DNA from: an uncultured Acidobacteriota bacterium
GTDB lineage: Bacteria; Acidobacteriota; Terriglobia; Terriglobales; Acidobacteriaceae
Direction: 5' to 3'
Assembly (NCBI GenBank): GCA_963788435.1
Contig: CAWBIG010000032.1
Location: 1,864-65,863 of the forward strand
DNA: 64,000 bases
The notes under the pieces were generated by a model. It was not told where the DNA came from and did not search any database. It was given only the letters and a program-made list of their open reading frames with translations. Every line of letters begins with the position of its first letter. Position 1 is the first letter of the stretch. The position numbers were made by a program, and so were the translations under genes. Below are positions 56,940-64,000 of the stretch, piece by piece.

Positions 56940-57413
56940 ATGGTCGCCGCTCTTACTATCCCCCATCGTCAGTTCGCCCCCTCGGCACTTGAGGCATCAC
57001 TGGCTCGCGATTCAGGCCGCCGCTTGTCGCCCTATGCGCGGAGGGGCAGGTCTTTATCCGTGCGTGTCCTCGATGCGGAACTAGAGCAGCCGCTTGAACT
57101 GCCGGCCGGCGCAGTTTCCCTTTTGATGAACATTCTCGAAACGATGGCGGCAGGGCAGGGCGTCGTCCTGATCCCCGAGAACGCCGAGCTAACCACCGTG
57201 CAGGCGGCAAGCGTGCTTAACGTCTCCCGCCCCTACCTCATCAAACTGCTGGAAGATAACGCTATTCCGTATCGCAAGGTTGGCAAGCATCGCCGCATCC
57301 GCATGGAAGACGTGATGGCGTACAAGACTCGCATTGATCGTGAGCGCGAGGCTGTTCTCGATCAGCTCACTTTAGAGGCGCAGCAAAACGATATGGGGTA
57401 TTCGCGTCGATGA
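56940..57413 (+). CDS. Excisionase/MerR-like HTH protein, putative antitoxin of the downstream PIN module
   Basis: HTH block TTVQAASVLNVSRPYLIKLLEDNAIPYRKVGKHRRIRMEDVMAY. ATG 56940 lies 8 nt after AGGAGG. The stop overlaps the next start (ATGA). Confidence 0.7.
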   Translation: MVAALTIPHRQFAPSALEASLARDSGRRLSPYARRGRSLSVRVLDAELEQPLELPAGAVSLLMNILETMAAGQGVVLIPENAELTTVQAASVLNVSRPYLIKLLEDNAIPYRKVGKHRRIRMEDVMAYKTRIDREREAVLDQLTLEAQQNDMGYSRR

Positions 57414-58423
57414 GCCAATACACAGCACTTCTGGACGCCAATGTGCTGTATCCTGCGCCGTTGCGCGATCTGCTTATGCAACTCGCCCTCATGGACATGT
57501 TTCATGCGAAATGGACTGCCGATATTCACAGAGAGTGGATCGAGTCTCTGCTTGAGAACGAGCCGCATCGCGAGCGGATCGTTCTTGAGCGGACGCGCGA
57601 CCTTATGGACAGAAACATTCGTGACTGCTTGGTGACAGGATATGAGCATTTGATTGCATCCCTGACCTTGCCGGATCCTGACGATCGTCATGTGCTGGCC
57701 GCCGCGATCGTAGGTCGCTGCGACGTGATTGTGACGCTGAACCTGAAAGACTTTCCGAACGAAGCACTTGCTCCCTTCGGCATCGAAGCGCAACATCCAT
57801 TCCAGGGACGCCGCACCACCAGTCATGAACGGATGACGGGCGTGCCCTGGGATGCCTCTTACCGCGTAGGTCATGCGCCCTGGGACATAGGCCGGCCGCA
57901 GCCGGCAATCGCACGCGTGGTCGCTGAAGGCGGCATTCGCGGTCCGGTTCTCGACGCGGGCTGCGGAACCGGCGAAAACTCCCTTCACGTGGCCTCGCTG
58001 GGATTCACGGTTTTGGGCGTTGACGTGGCTGAAACCGCGCTGGCGATGGCGCGGGAGAAGGCCAAAGCTCGTGGCATTGCGGCTGAGTTTGCCTCAGCCG
58101 ACGCGCTCCATCTCGAGCATCTGGGGCGCAAGTTCGACACTGTATTGGATTGCGGTCTCTTTCACACCTTCGATGCCGCCGAGCGGCCGCTTTACGTGGC
58201 CAGTCTGGCCTCGGTGGCTGAGAGCGGTGCAACACTCTACATCCTGTGCTTCAGCGACCAGGGTCCCGTCACCGGCCCGCATCCCGTCCGTGAGCAGGAT
58301 CTGAGAGCGGAGTTCAGTTCCACCGCTGGCTGGAGTGTCGCCGCCATCCAGCCCGATCGGATTCACACCAGATTCCACCCGACCGGCGCTCCGGCTTGGT
58401 TCGCAACCATCCAGCGAATCTAG
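57410..58423 (+). CDS. Fusion ORF: N-terminal PIN-like toxin domain (about aa 1-127) joined in frame to a class I SAM-dependent methyltransferase (about aa 140-337)
   Basis: The PIN part is LLDANVLYPAPLRDLLMQLA...DPDDRHVLAAAIVGRCDVIVTLNLKDFP...GIEAQHP. It is followed by ..MTGVPWDASYRVGHAPWDIGRPQP..VLDAGCGTGENSLHVASLGFTVLGVDV.. (motif I) and VLDCGLFH. Confidence 0.75.
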   Translation: MSQYTALLDANVLYPAPLRDLLMQLALMDMFHAKWTADIHREWIESLLENEPHRERIVLERTRDLMDRNIRDCLVTGYEHLIASLTLPDPDDRHVLAAAIVGRCDVIVTLNLKDFPNEALAPFGIEAQHPFQGRRTTSHERMTGVPWDASYRVGHAPWDIGRPQPAIARVVAEGGIRGPVLDAGCGTGENSLHVASLGFTVLGVDVAETALAMAREKAKARGIAAEFASADALHLEHLGRKFDTVLDCGLFHTFDAAERPLYVASLASVAESGATLYILCFSDQGPVTGPHPVREQDLRAEFSSTAGWSVAAIQPDRIHTRFHPTGAPAWFATIQRI

Positions 58424-58426
58424 CCG

Positions 58427-58520
58427 GAACTGGTTGCATGAATAGGTTTTTGAAAGGGCACGACTTGAGTCGTACCGCAGAAGATCAATAAGACTGCGGG
58501 CTTTAGCCCCTGAGGGACGT
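58427..58520. repeat. 3'-flank REP-like element, same family as 29330-29460
   Basis: GAACTGGTTGC...GAAAGGGCACGACTTGAGTCGTACC...GCGGGCTTTAGCCCCTGAGGG, starting 4 nt after the stop codon. Confidence 0.7.
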
Positions 58521-58695
58521 TCTTTGGGGATTTGCGATCATTTGTGCATCCAGTTCTAGTAAGACTGGCCGGTCCCGTGAAAGCTCCCGTTGCAGACCAT
58601 ACGTGGCTACCGGTTTCCCGATTGCATTTTTCAACCTGGCGTTCACAATCCCCGGCATACCCGCCGATAGCATGAAAGCCGGGAACCCACTGCGG

Positions 58696-58968
58696 CTACT
58701 TCAAATACGCCCGCACCAGGTCGATCAGGTCCTCGGCCAGTTCCGGCGCAATCTGTTCCTTGGATCCATCGGTCAGATGAAAGCGAATATGCGTCTCCAG
58801 AACCTCGCCCATCAGCGCATTCACGCCCCCGCGCACCGCGGCCAGCAGCATCAACTGGTCCCCGCAGTCACCGTCGGAGGTCAGCGAGCGCTCGATTGCG
58901 TCCATTTGTCCGCGCAGCTTCTTCACCCGCTGCACCATCTTTATGGTTTCCCGTTCGTGGTGCGCCAT
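58696..58968 (-). CDS. CsoR/RcnR/FrmR-family metal-sensing repressor with the RcnR-type H3-C35-H60-H64 fingerprint
   Basis: MAHHERE...DGDC(35)GDQLMLLAAVRGGVNALMGEVLETH(60)IRFH(64), 90 aa from ATG 58968. It aligns position for position with the E. coli RcnR ligand set as I remember it. Confidence 0.85.
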   Translation of the reverse strand: MAHHERETIKMVQRVKKLRGQMDAIERSLTSDGDCGDQLMLLAAVRGGVNALMGEVLETHIRFHLTDGSKEQIAPELAEDLIDLVRAYLK

Positions 58969-58991
58969 GTTGCTCCTCTTTCTGGTTGACA

Positions 58992-59029
58992 ATACCCACC
59001 CCCGGTATGGTACCTATCCAGTGGGGGTA
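58992..59029. promoter_or_regulatory. Candidate CsoR/RcnR-type operator(s): G/C tracts flanked by TACC/GGTA inverted repeats, overlapping a TTGACA box
   Basis: ATACCCACCCCCGGTAT (58992-59008) and TACCTATCCAGTGGGGGTA (59011-59029) lie in the 118-bp divergent intergenic region. TTGACA at 58986-58991 faces the porin gene. Confidence 0.5.
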
Positions 59030-59086
59030 GCGTTCCTCACCTGCCATCCTAACTCCCCCTGCCATCCTCTCGCGAAAGGTTTCTCA

Positions 59087-60604
59087 ATGCTCCGCCGCCG
59101 CGCCAACTTCGTCTCCCTCGCAGCTGCCATCTTCCTAGCTGCGGCCGCCCCGGCCGGCGCCCAATCCTTCTTCAATCTGCCTTCCGCCCCGGAACCGCAA
59201 ACCACGATCCCCGTCCTCGCCGGTTCTCTCTCGAATCCCCAGCTCACCCCCGGTAAACCCGGTAAGTCCGTTCCCCAGGCTGAGCCGCAACTCGCCGCCA
59301 AACCCTCCGATCCCGTGCTGACCATGTTCCCCCACCCTGAAGCCGCGCAATGGTGGCTCTCCGGCCAGACCAACATCATTTACCAGGGACGCCTGCCCTT
59401 CCACTCCCCTTACCAGGGCCCCCACAGTTTCCGTAATTCAGCCGAGTACAAGGTCTCTGAGGTCGGCACGTTCTACTCCGCCTGGCGCCCTACCCACTCC
59501 GTGCGCTTCAACACTGACCTGATCTTCGATCTGGAAGCCGCCCTGGGACGCGGACTGAGCCAGGCCCTGGGGCTTGCCGGCGAGCCCAACCTCGACGTGG
59601 TGCGCAACCCCTATCTCAGCATCGATCCGTATCCCGCCCGATACCAGATCCACCAGCTCATCGGCCTTACCGATCAGACCGTCTCCCAGGATCCCGATTT
59701 CTTCTCGCTCGCCGCCGAGGTCCCCGCCCGTCGCATCGAGTTCCGCCTGGGCAAGATGACCCTCCCCGACTTCTTCGACGTAAACGACGTCGGCTCCGAC
59801 TCCCACCTCCAATTCATGAACTGGACCGTGGACAACAATGGCGCCTGGGACTATGCCGCCGACACTCGCGGCTACACACTGGGCGGCATGGCAGAGTACG
59901 ACGACCATATCTGGAGCCTGCGCTACGGCCTCTTCGCCATGCCCATCATCGCCAACGGCATCGACTTGGACTGGGCCTTCAGCCGCGCCCGCGCCCACAA
60001 TGGCGAATTCGAGCTGCGCAAAGGCGTTCTGCCCGGCCAGAAAGGCGCGCAGCGAATCCTCTTCTATGCCAACCGCGCCCACATGGGCGTTTACCGCGAG
60101 GCCGTCCAGGCTTATCTTGCCGGCACCGACCCTACGCCCGCCATAACTGCCCACGAGCATTTCGGCGCTCTCAAGTACGGCTTTGGCTACAACACGGAGC
60201 AGGACATCACCGGCAATCTGCGCGCCTTCGGCCGCTTCGGCTGGAACGAGGGCCAGCATGAGTCCTTTGCCTACACTGAGGTTGATCAAACCGTCGAACT
60301 CGGCGGCGATTACTACATGCGCCGCATTCATCGCCCCGACGACAAGTTCGGCATCGCCTTCGTCTCTAACGCCATCAAGCGCGACCACCAGAATTACTTG
60401 AAGTACGGCGGCCTCGGCTTCCTTCTCGGCGATGGCAAACTGAACTACGGCCGCGAGAACATCGTCGAAGGCTACTACACCTGGCACGCCTGGCGCGGTC
60501 TTTACAATTCGGTCGATATCCAGAGCATCGTGAACCCCGGCTACAACCGCGACCGCGGTCCCGTCTGGGCGGTCGGATCGGTGCGCGCCCACGTCGATTT
60601 TTAA
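59087..60604 (+). CDS. Carbohydrate-selective porin OprB family outer membrane protein
   Basis: Signal peptide MLRRRANFVSLAAAIFLAAAAPAGAQ. An OprB-like N-region (WWLSGQTNIIYQGRLPFHSPYQGPHSF), LGLAGEPNLDVVRNP, FRLGKMTLPDFFD, and a barrel pattern to the C-terminal F. Confidence 0.75.
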   Translation: MLRRRANFVSLAAAIFLAAAAPAGAQSFFNLPSAPEPQTTIPVLAGSLSNPQLTPGKPGKSVPQAEPQLAAKPSDPVLTMFPHPEAAQWWLSGQTNIIYQGRLPFHSPYQGPHSFRNSAEYKVSEVGTFYSAWRPTHSVRFNTDLIFDLEAALGRGLSQALGLAGEPNLDVVRNPYLSIDPYPARYQIHQLIGLTDQTVSQDPDFFSLAAEVPARRIEFRLGKMTLPDFFDVNDVGSDSHLQFMNWTVDNNGAWDYAADTRGYTLGGMAEYDDHIWSLRYGLFAMPIIANGIDLDWAFSRARAHNGEFELRKGVLPGQKGAQRILFYANRAHMGVYREAVQAYLAGTDPTPAITAHEHFGALKYGFGYNTEQDITGNLRAFGRFGWNEGQHESFAYTEVDQTVELGGDYYMRRIHRPDDKFGIAFVSNAIKRDHQNYLKYGGLGFLLGDGKLNYGRENIVEGYYTWHAWRGLYNSVDIQSIVNPGYNRDRGPVWAVGSVRAHVDF

Positions 60605-60749
60605 TAGCCAAGGACCTTCAAAAATCATATCAAGATATCAAGATATGTTGATGCTATTACCTTCTGGTGAACCCAGTGTCGTTACCGTTACATCACGATA
60701 TGTTGATGATGGTTTTGGGGCATTCTTGCCCACTTGGTGACCGCTCGAA

Positions 60750-61160
60750 CTACCTGCCGGCAGGCTGGGACGACTGCGGCGTCTCGCCCGACAGGTCCAC
60801 GATGACCTCGCCCGGCTTGGCATAGCGCAGCTTTTCTCGCGCTTCGTGCTCAATTGCATCGGGATCGGACTTCAGCCTCTCAACCCGAGTGCGAAGACGC
60901 TCGTTCTCCTGGTCGAGATCCTGGATCTCCTTCTGCAATTCCTTGTCCTCGGTGCGCTTCTGCTCCCAACTGGAGAGCCCATGCTTGCCGTTGACCACGT
61001 GCCAGCCCAGTAACAACGCAAGCCCGATGACAACGGCGGTGCCCGCCGACCGCCATAAACGCCTCGTCCAATCCCATGCACTCCTCGGCGCTGGATCGGC
61101 CGTCGCGGCCTCATCTGGCGGATCAACACGAGACTCAAGTTTGGACTTCTCTTCCGTCAT
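60750..61160 (-). CDS. ftsB: Septum formation initiator FtsB/DivIC family protein
   Basis: One TM (GTAVVIGLALLLGWHVV), a leucine-zipper coil (KELQKEIQDLDQENERLRTRVERLKSD) and a conserved IEHEAREKLRYAKPGE. Confidence 0.85.
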   Translation of the reverse strand: MTEEKSKLESRVDPPDEAATADPAPRSAWDWTRRLWRSAGTAVVIGLALLLGWHVVNGKHGLSSWEQKRTEDKELQKEIQDLDQENERLRTRVERLKSDPDAIEHEAREKLRYAKPGEVIVDLSGETPQSSQPAGR

Positions 61161-61170
61161 TGAATCCACA

Positions 61171-61220
61171 AGTCCCTTTTCTTTGTCCCTTGTCCCTATT
61201 CTCTATTCCCTGTTCCCTGC
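61171..61220 (-). repeat. GGGACA/GGGAA word repeat (G-rich on the transcribed minus strand) directly 3' of the mutase gene stop
   Basis: The reverse strand reads GCAGGGAACAGGGAATAGAGAATAGGGACAAGGGACAAAGAAAAGGGACT, with five GGG runs. Confidence 0.8.
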
Positions 61221-61225
61221 AGTGA

Positions 61226-62635
61226 CTACCCCATCACAAACTGTTCCGCGGCCGTGCGCAGCGCCTGCGTGTCCTGTTCGCTGCGAGCCTCGGTGTAAGC
61301 GCGCACCACCGGCTCGGTCCCGCTTAGCCGGTAGCAGACCCAGGAGCCGTCGTCCAAAATCAGCTTCAGCCCGTCGGTGCGCACAATTTCTTTCACCTTG
61401 CGCCCGCCCAGCTCGGTGGGATCAAGCTTCAATCTCTCAGTGAATCGGGCCTTGATCTCCGGCGTCAAGCGGAAGTTCTCCCGCACCGGGTAGTAGGAAC
61501 CTACTTTGCCAAACAGTTCCCGAAGCTGCACGCCAAGGCTCTTGCCGCGGACGGCCACCATTTCGGTCACCAGCAGGCCGGCTATCACGCCGTCCTTTTC
61601 CGGCACGTGGCCGCGAATCGTCAGCCCCGCCGACTCCTCGCCGCCAATCGCAATCTTGTCTTCGTTGATCAGCTCGCCGATGTACTTGAACCCCACCGGC
61701 GTCTCGTACAACGGAACCTTGTGGTGCTCGGCCAGCGCGTTCACCAGGTTCGTGGTCGCCACGCTTTTGGCCACGCCGTTGCGCCAGCCGCGCGTCTCCA
61801 CAAGGTAGTCGAACAGCAACGCGATGATGTAGTTCGGCTGGATGAACGTGCCATCCTGGTCGAGTATCCCGAACCGGTCGGCGTCACCGTCTGTCGCAAT
61901 CCCGATGGCCGCTCCCAACTGCTTCATCTGCTCTCGCGCCTTGTCCAGCAATTCGCCGTCAGGCTCCGGCGCGTGCCCGCCGAAGAGCACGTCGCGGTAG
62001 TCGTGAACCGTGTCCACCTTCACGCCAGCCTGCCGCAAAATGTGGCACGAGTAGCCGCGCCCCGCGCCCCAGAACGGATCGTAGACCACCTTGATCCCCG
62101 ACTTCGCGATGGCCTTCAAGTCCACCAGCTCCGCCAGCCGCTTCAGGAACGGCTCCTTCACGTCCACCGTTTCAAAACCGCCCGCTGGCGCGTCGGCCTG
62201 CAGAATCTTGGCCCCTGTGTCGACAATCCGGTTCACCGCCGCCTCAATCTGCCGTGTCACCTCCGGCAGCGCTGGCGCGCCGTCCGGCGTTGAATACTTG
62301 ATTCCGTTGTATTCCGGCGGATTATGCGAAGCGGTGAAGTTGATGGAGCCGGAGGTTTTGAGCATGCGCACGGCGTAGGCGATAGCCGGCGTGGGCGCAG
62401 GCTCGGAGATCACTACCGGTGTCACGCCCGCGCCGGAAAGCACTCGCGCCGCCGTATCCACAAAGCTCTCGCCCAGAAAGCGCGGATCGCGCCCCACCAG
62501 AACCCGGTGCGGCTTGGGTAGCGTCTTCACATACTCCGCGATTCCCGCCGCGGCCAGCCGAATGTTGGCTACCGTGAACTCATCGGCCACAATTGCCCGC
62601 CAGCCGGACGTGCCGAACTTGATTGCGCTGGGCAT
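61226..62635 (-). CDS. Phosphoglucomutase/phosphomannomutase family protein
   Basis: FGTSGWRA N-terminus, active-site TASHNPPEYNGIK, metal loop TDGDADRFG, and GGEESAG sugar-binding loop. Confidence 0.9.
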   Translation of the reverse strand: MPSAIKFGTSGWRAIVADEFTVANIRLAAAGIAEYVKTLPKPHRVLVGRDPRFLGESFVDTAARVLSGAGVTPVVISEPAPTPAIAYAVRMLKTSGSINFTASHNPPEYNGIKYSTPDGAPALPEVTRQIEAAVNRIVDTGAKILQADAPAGGFETVDVKEPFLKRLAELVDLKAIAKSGIKVVYDPFWGAGRGYSCHILRQAGVKVDTVHDYRDVLFGGHAPEPDGELLDKAREQMKQLGAAIGIATDGDADRFGILDQDGTFIQPNYIIALLFDYLVETRGWRNGVAKSVATTNLVNALAEHHKVPLYETPVGFKYIGELINEDKIAIGGEESAGLTIRGHVPEKDGVIAGLLVTEMVAVRGKSLGVQLRELFGKVGSYYPVRENFRLTPEIKARFTERLKLDPTELGGRKVKEIVRTDGLKLILDDGSWVCYRLSGTEPVVRAYTEARSEQDTQALRTAAEQFVMG

Positions 62636-62737
62636 TTTTGCTCTCCCTTCGTGCGCTTGCTCTGATGCAAGAATCCATACTCAGCGATGCCGCTTGGCCT
62701 GAGCAAGCGTGGAGCACCACGTCCTACAATACTGGCG

Positions 62738-63073
62738 ATGATTGCATATGAAACCGACGCCCGCATCGTCCTGACCACCGCCGCCAGTCGCGAAGAAGCC
62801 GAGCGCCTGGCCAACACCCTGGTCGAGGAGCGCCTCGCCGCCTGCGCCACCTTGATCCCCGGCGCCCAATCCGTCTACCGCTGGGAAGGTAGAATTGAAT
62901 TGTCAGCCGAGACCCTTCTTCTACTCAAAACAGAGGCCGGCCGGCTGGCTGAGCTTGAGGCTCGCCTTCACACCCTGCACATCTACACTACCCCGGAATT
63001 CCTCGTCCTGCGAGTCGACGCCGGCAGCCGGGCTTACCTGGAATGGCTCGCCGCCAGCCTTCTGCCAGCCTGA
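62738..63073 (+). CDS. cutA: Divalent-cation tolerance protein CutA
   Basis: About 111 aa with CutA1 signatures (EERLAACATLIPGAQSVYRWEGRIE...ETLLLLKT...YTTPEFLVL). ATG at 62738. Confidence 0.85.
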   Translation: MIAYETDARIVLTTAASREEAERLANTLVEERLAACATLIPGAQSVYRWEGRIELSAETLLLLKTEAGRLAELEARLHTLHIYTTPEFLVLRVDAGSRAYLEWLAASLLPA

Positions 63074-63274
63074 TTCAATTTTGGGAATCGCGTCCCACAA
63101 AGGTAACATGTCCAAAGTTATACACATTTGTTATGCTTCCCTGATTAGCGGTACTCTCCCCGTCTGCCATCAACCTCGGCCACGGGCAACTGAATTCCGC
63201 CCGCAACGCCATTTGCTGCCGAGCGGGAACCAGAGCCGGAACTCACGGCCAGAACGGAGCTCACGTTGAGTCCC

Positions 63275-63433
63275 ATGCGCTGGATGTTGTTCGCATTCCT
63301 GGTCTCGTTCGTCGCCCTCCTGGCGGCAGCGGCGGGTTTGGCGATCCACATCAGGCGCGAACGGGGCAAACGCCGCGAACGAGGGTTGGAGACCGGCAAG
63401 GCCGAGGATCCGGAGACCGAGGAAGTGCCATGA
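63275..63433 (+). CDS. Small single-TM protein (52 aa), translationally coupled to bioY
   Basis: Hand-translated as MRWMLFAFLVSFVALLAAAAGLAIHIRRERGKRRERGLETGKAEDPETEEVP. The stop overlaps the bioY ATG (ATGA). It is below the ORF-track size cut-off. Confidence 0.45.
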   Translation: MRWMLFAFLVSFVALLAAAAGLAIHIRRERGKRRERGLETGKAEDPETEEVP

Positions 63434-64000
63434 ACAACGAATTCCCCACGCGCGCCGCCCAAGCCGGAAATTCGGCGCTTGATCCCGTCGCCGCACAGCT
63501 TTTCGCCTGGATACGGTCCATATTCGTCGTCGTCAGCGGCAGCCTCTTTGTCGCCGTCTGCGCCCACATCACGCTTCCCCTCACCATCACTCCGGTGCCC
63601 ATCACGCTGCAGGATTTTGCCGTCATGGCGCTGGCGCTGCTCATCGGACCAAGGCTGGTGATGTTCACCATGCTTGCCTACCTCGCTGAAGGCGCTGCCG
63701 GTCTGCCGGTGTTCGCGCCCGGCTTCATGGGTCTCTCCGGGGTCGCCCACATACTGGGCCCCACCGGCGGTTACCTGATGGCCTACCCCACCATGGCCGT
63801 CGTTATTTCTTACCTCTGGCGGACCGGCGATCGGTCCTATCTTGGCGCGCTGGTCAGCGCCGGCGCCGGAAATGTCATCCTCCTCACCCTGGGAGGGCTT
63901 TGGCTGGGTCTCAACACTCATGTTTCTCCGCAGGCCGTTATCGCCGAAGGCGTAATGCCGTTCCTTCCCGGAGACGCCATCAAGGTCGCGATGGCCGCCT
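63430..64000 (+). CDS. bioY: Biotin transporter BioY (3' end beyond the window)
   Basis: Hand-translated as ...ITLPLTITPVPITLQDFAVMALALLIGPRLV...AEGAAGLPVFA...GPTGGYLMAYP...MPFLPGDAIKVAMAA. It is open at position 64000, so absent from the track. Confidence 0.85.
   Translation, partial: MNNEFPTRAAQAGNSALDPVAAQLFAWIRSIFVVVSGSLFVAVCAHITLPLTITPVPITLQDFAVMALALLIGPRLVMFTMLAYLAEGAAGLPVFAPGFMGLSGVAHILGPTGGYLMAYPTMAVVISYLWRTGDRSYLGALVSAGAGNVILLTLGGLWLGLNTHVSPQAVIAEGVMPFLPGDAIKVAMAA

Noticed and set aside
56713-58600. Integrase, transposase or tRNA attachment site flanking the AT-rich TA islet
   Set aside because: No such ORF or tRNA-like sequence appears in any frame within the window, so I do not call a mobile element. 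Only the compositional shift and the REP-like element at 58427-58520 are reported.
63145-63921. 258-aa minus-strand ORF covering the cutA-bioY interval
   Set aside because: The plus strand encodes a recognisable BioY that runs off the window edge (so it is missing from the track) and a coupled small ORF. The minus-strand translation is low-complexity Gly/Arg/Asp.

Overview
A high-GC (about 60%) chromosomal segment. Gene content and the many short intergenic word repeats suggest an Acidobacteriota/Terriglobia-like soil bacterium, but that is inference only. I support about 50 protein-coding genes and found no rRNA, tRNA, CRISPR array, transposase or integrase in any frame. Recognisable genes: lepA; a bamA plus three tandem OmpH/Skp paralog cluster; an MFS sugar porter; a DUF481 barrel; pntAA-pntAB-pntB; a solitary flagellin with a sigma-28 promoter; an ECF sigma / anti-sigma / LTXXQ (CpxP-Spy-like) module; araD; a PDZ-containing sensor kinase with a sigma-54 response regulator and a barrel-less POTRA-repeat protein; otsA-otsB, where OtsA carries an N-terminal 2-TM/HAMP module; mlaEF; gcdH; an amidohydrolase; an MqnE/MqnC-type radical SAM enzyme; a BNR-repeat protein; an OmpA-family protein; an orphan nuoB; amtB-glnK-orfX-glnD; a penicillin-acylase-family hydrolase; a DHA2 MFS exporter; an HTH antitoxin with a PIN domain fused in frame to a SAM methyltransferase; an RcnR-type (H3-C35-H60-H64) repressor divergent from an OprB-family porin; ftsB; a PGM/PMM-family mutase; cutA; bioY. 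Features most worth follow-up: (1) the PDZ-kinase / NtrC-type regulator / POTRA-only protein cluster; (2) the AT-rich toxin-antitoxin island whose PIN toxin is joined in frame to a methyltransferase; (3) the RcnR-like repressor with a G/C-tract operator controlling a porin rather than an efflux gene; (4) signs of local gene decay or mosaicism, namely a multiply frameshifted middle Skp paralog with extra domains and an RND-pump fragment abutting a 5'-truncated EAL-PAS gene; (5) a sensor-HAMP-OtsA fusion; (6) an uncharacterised ORF between glnK and glnD; (7) abundant word-like intergenic repeats and REP-like hairpins. All functional calls come from reading the translated ORFs and motifs by eye. 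No database search was run.
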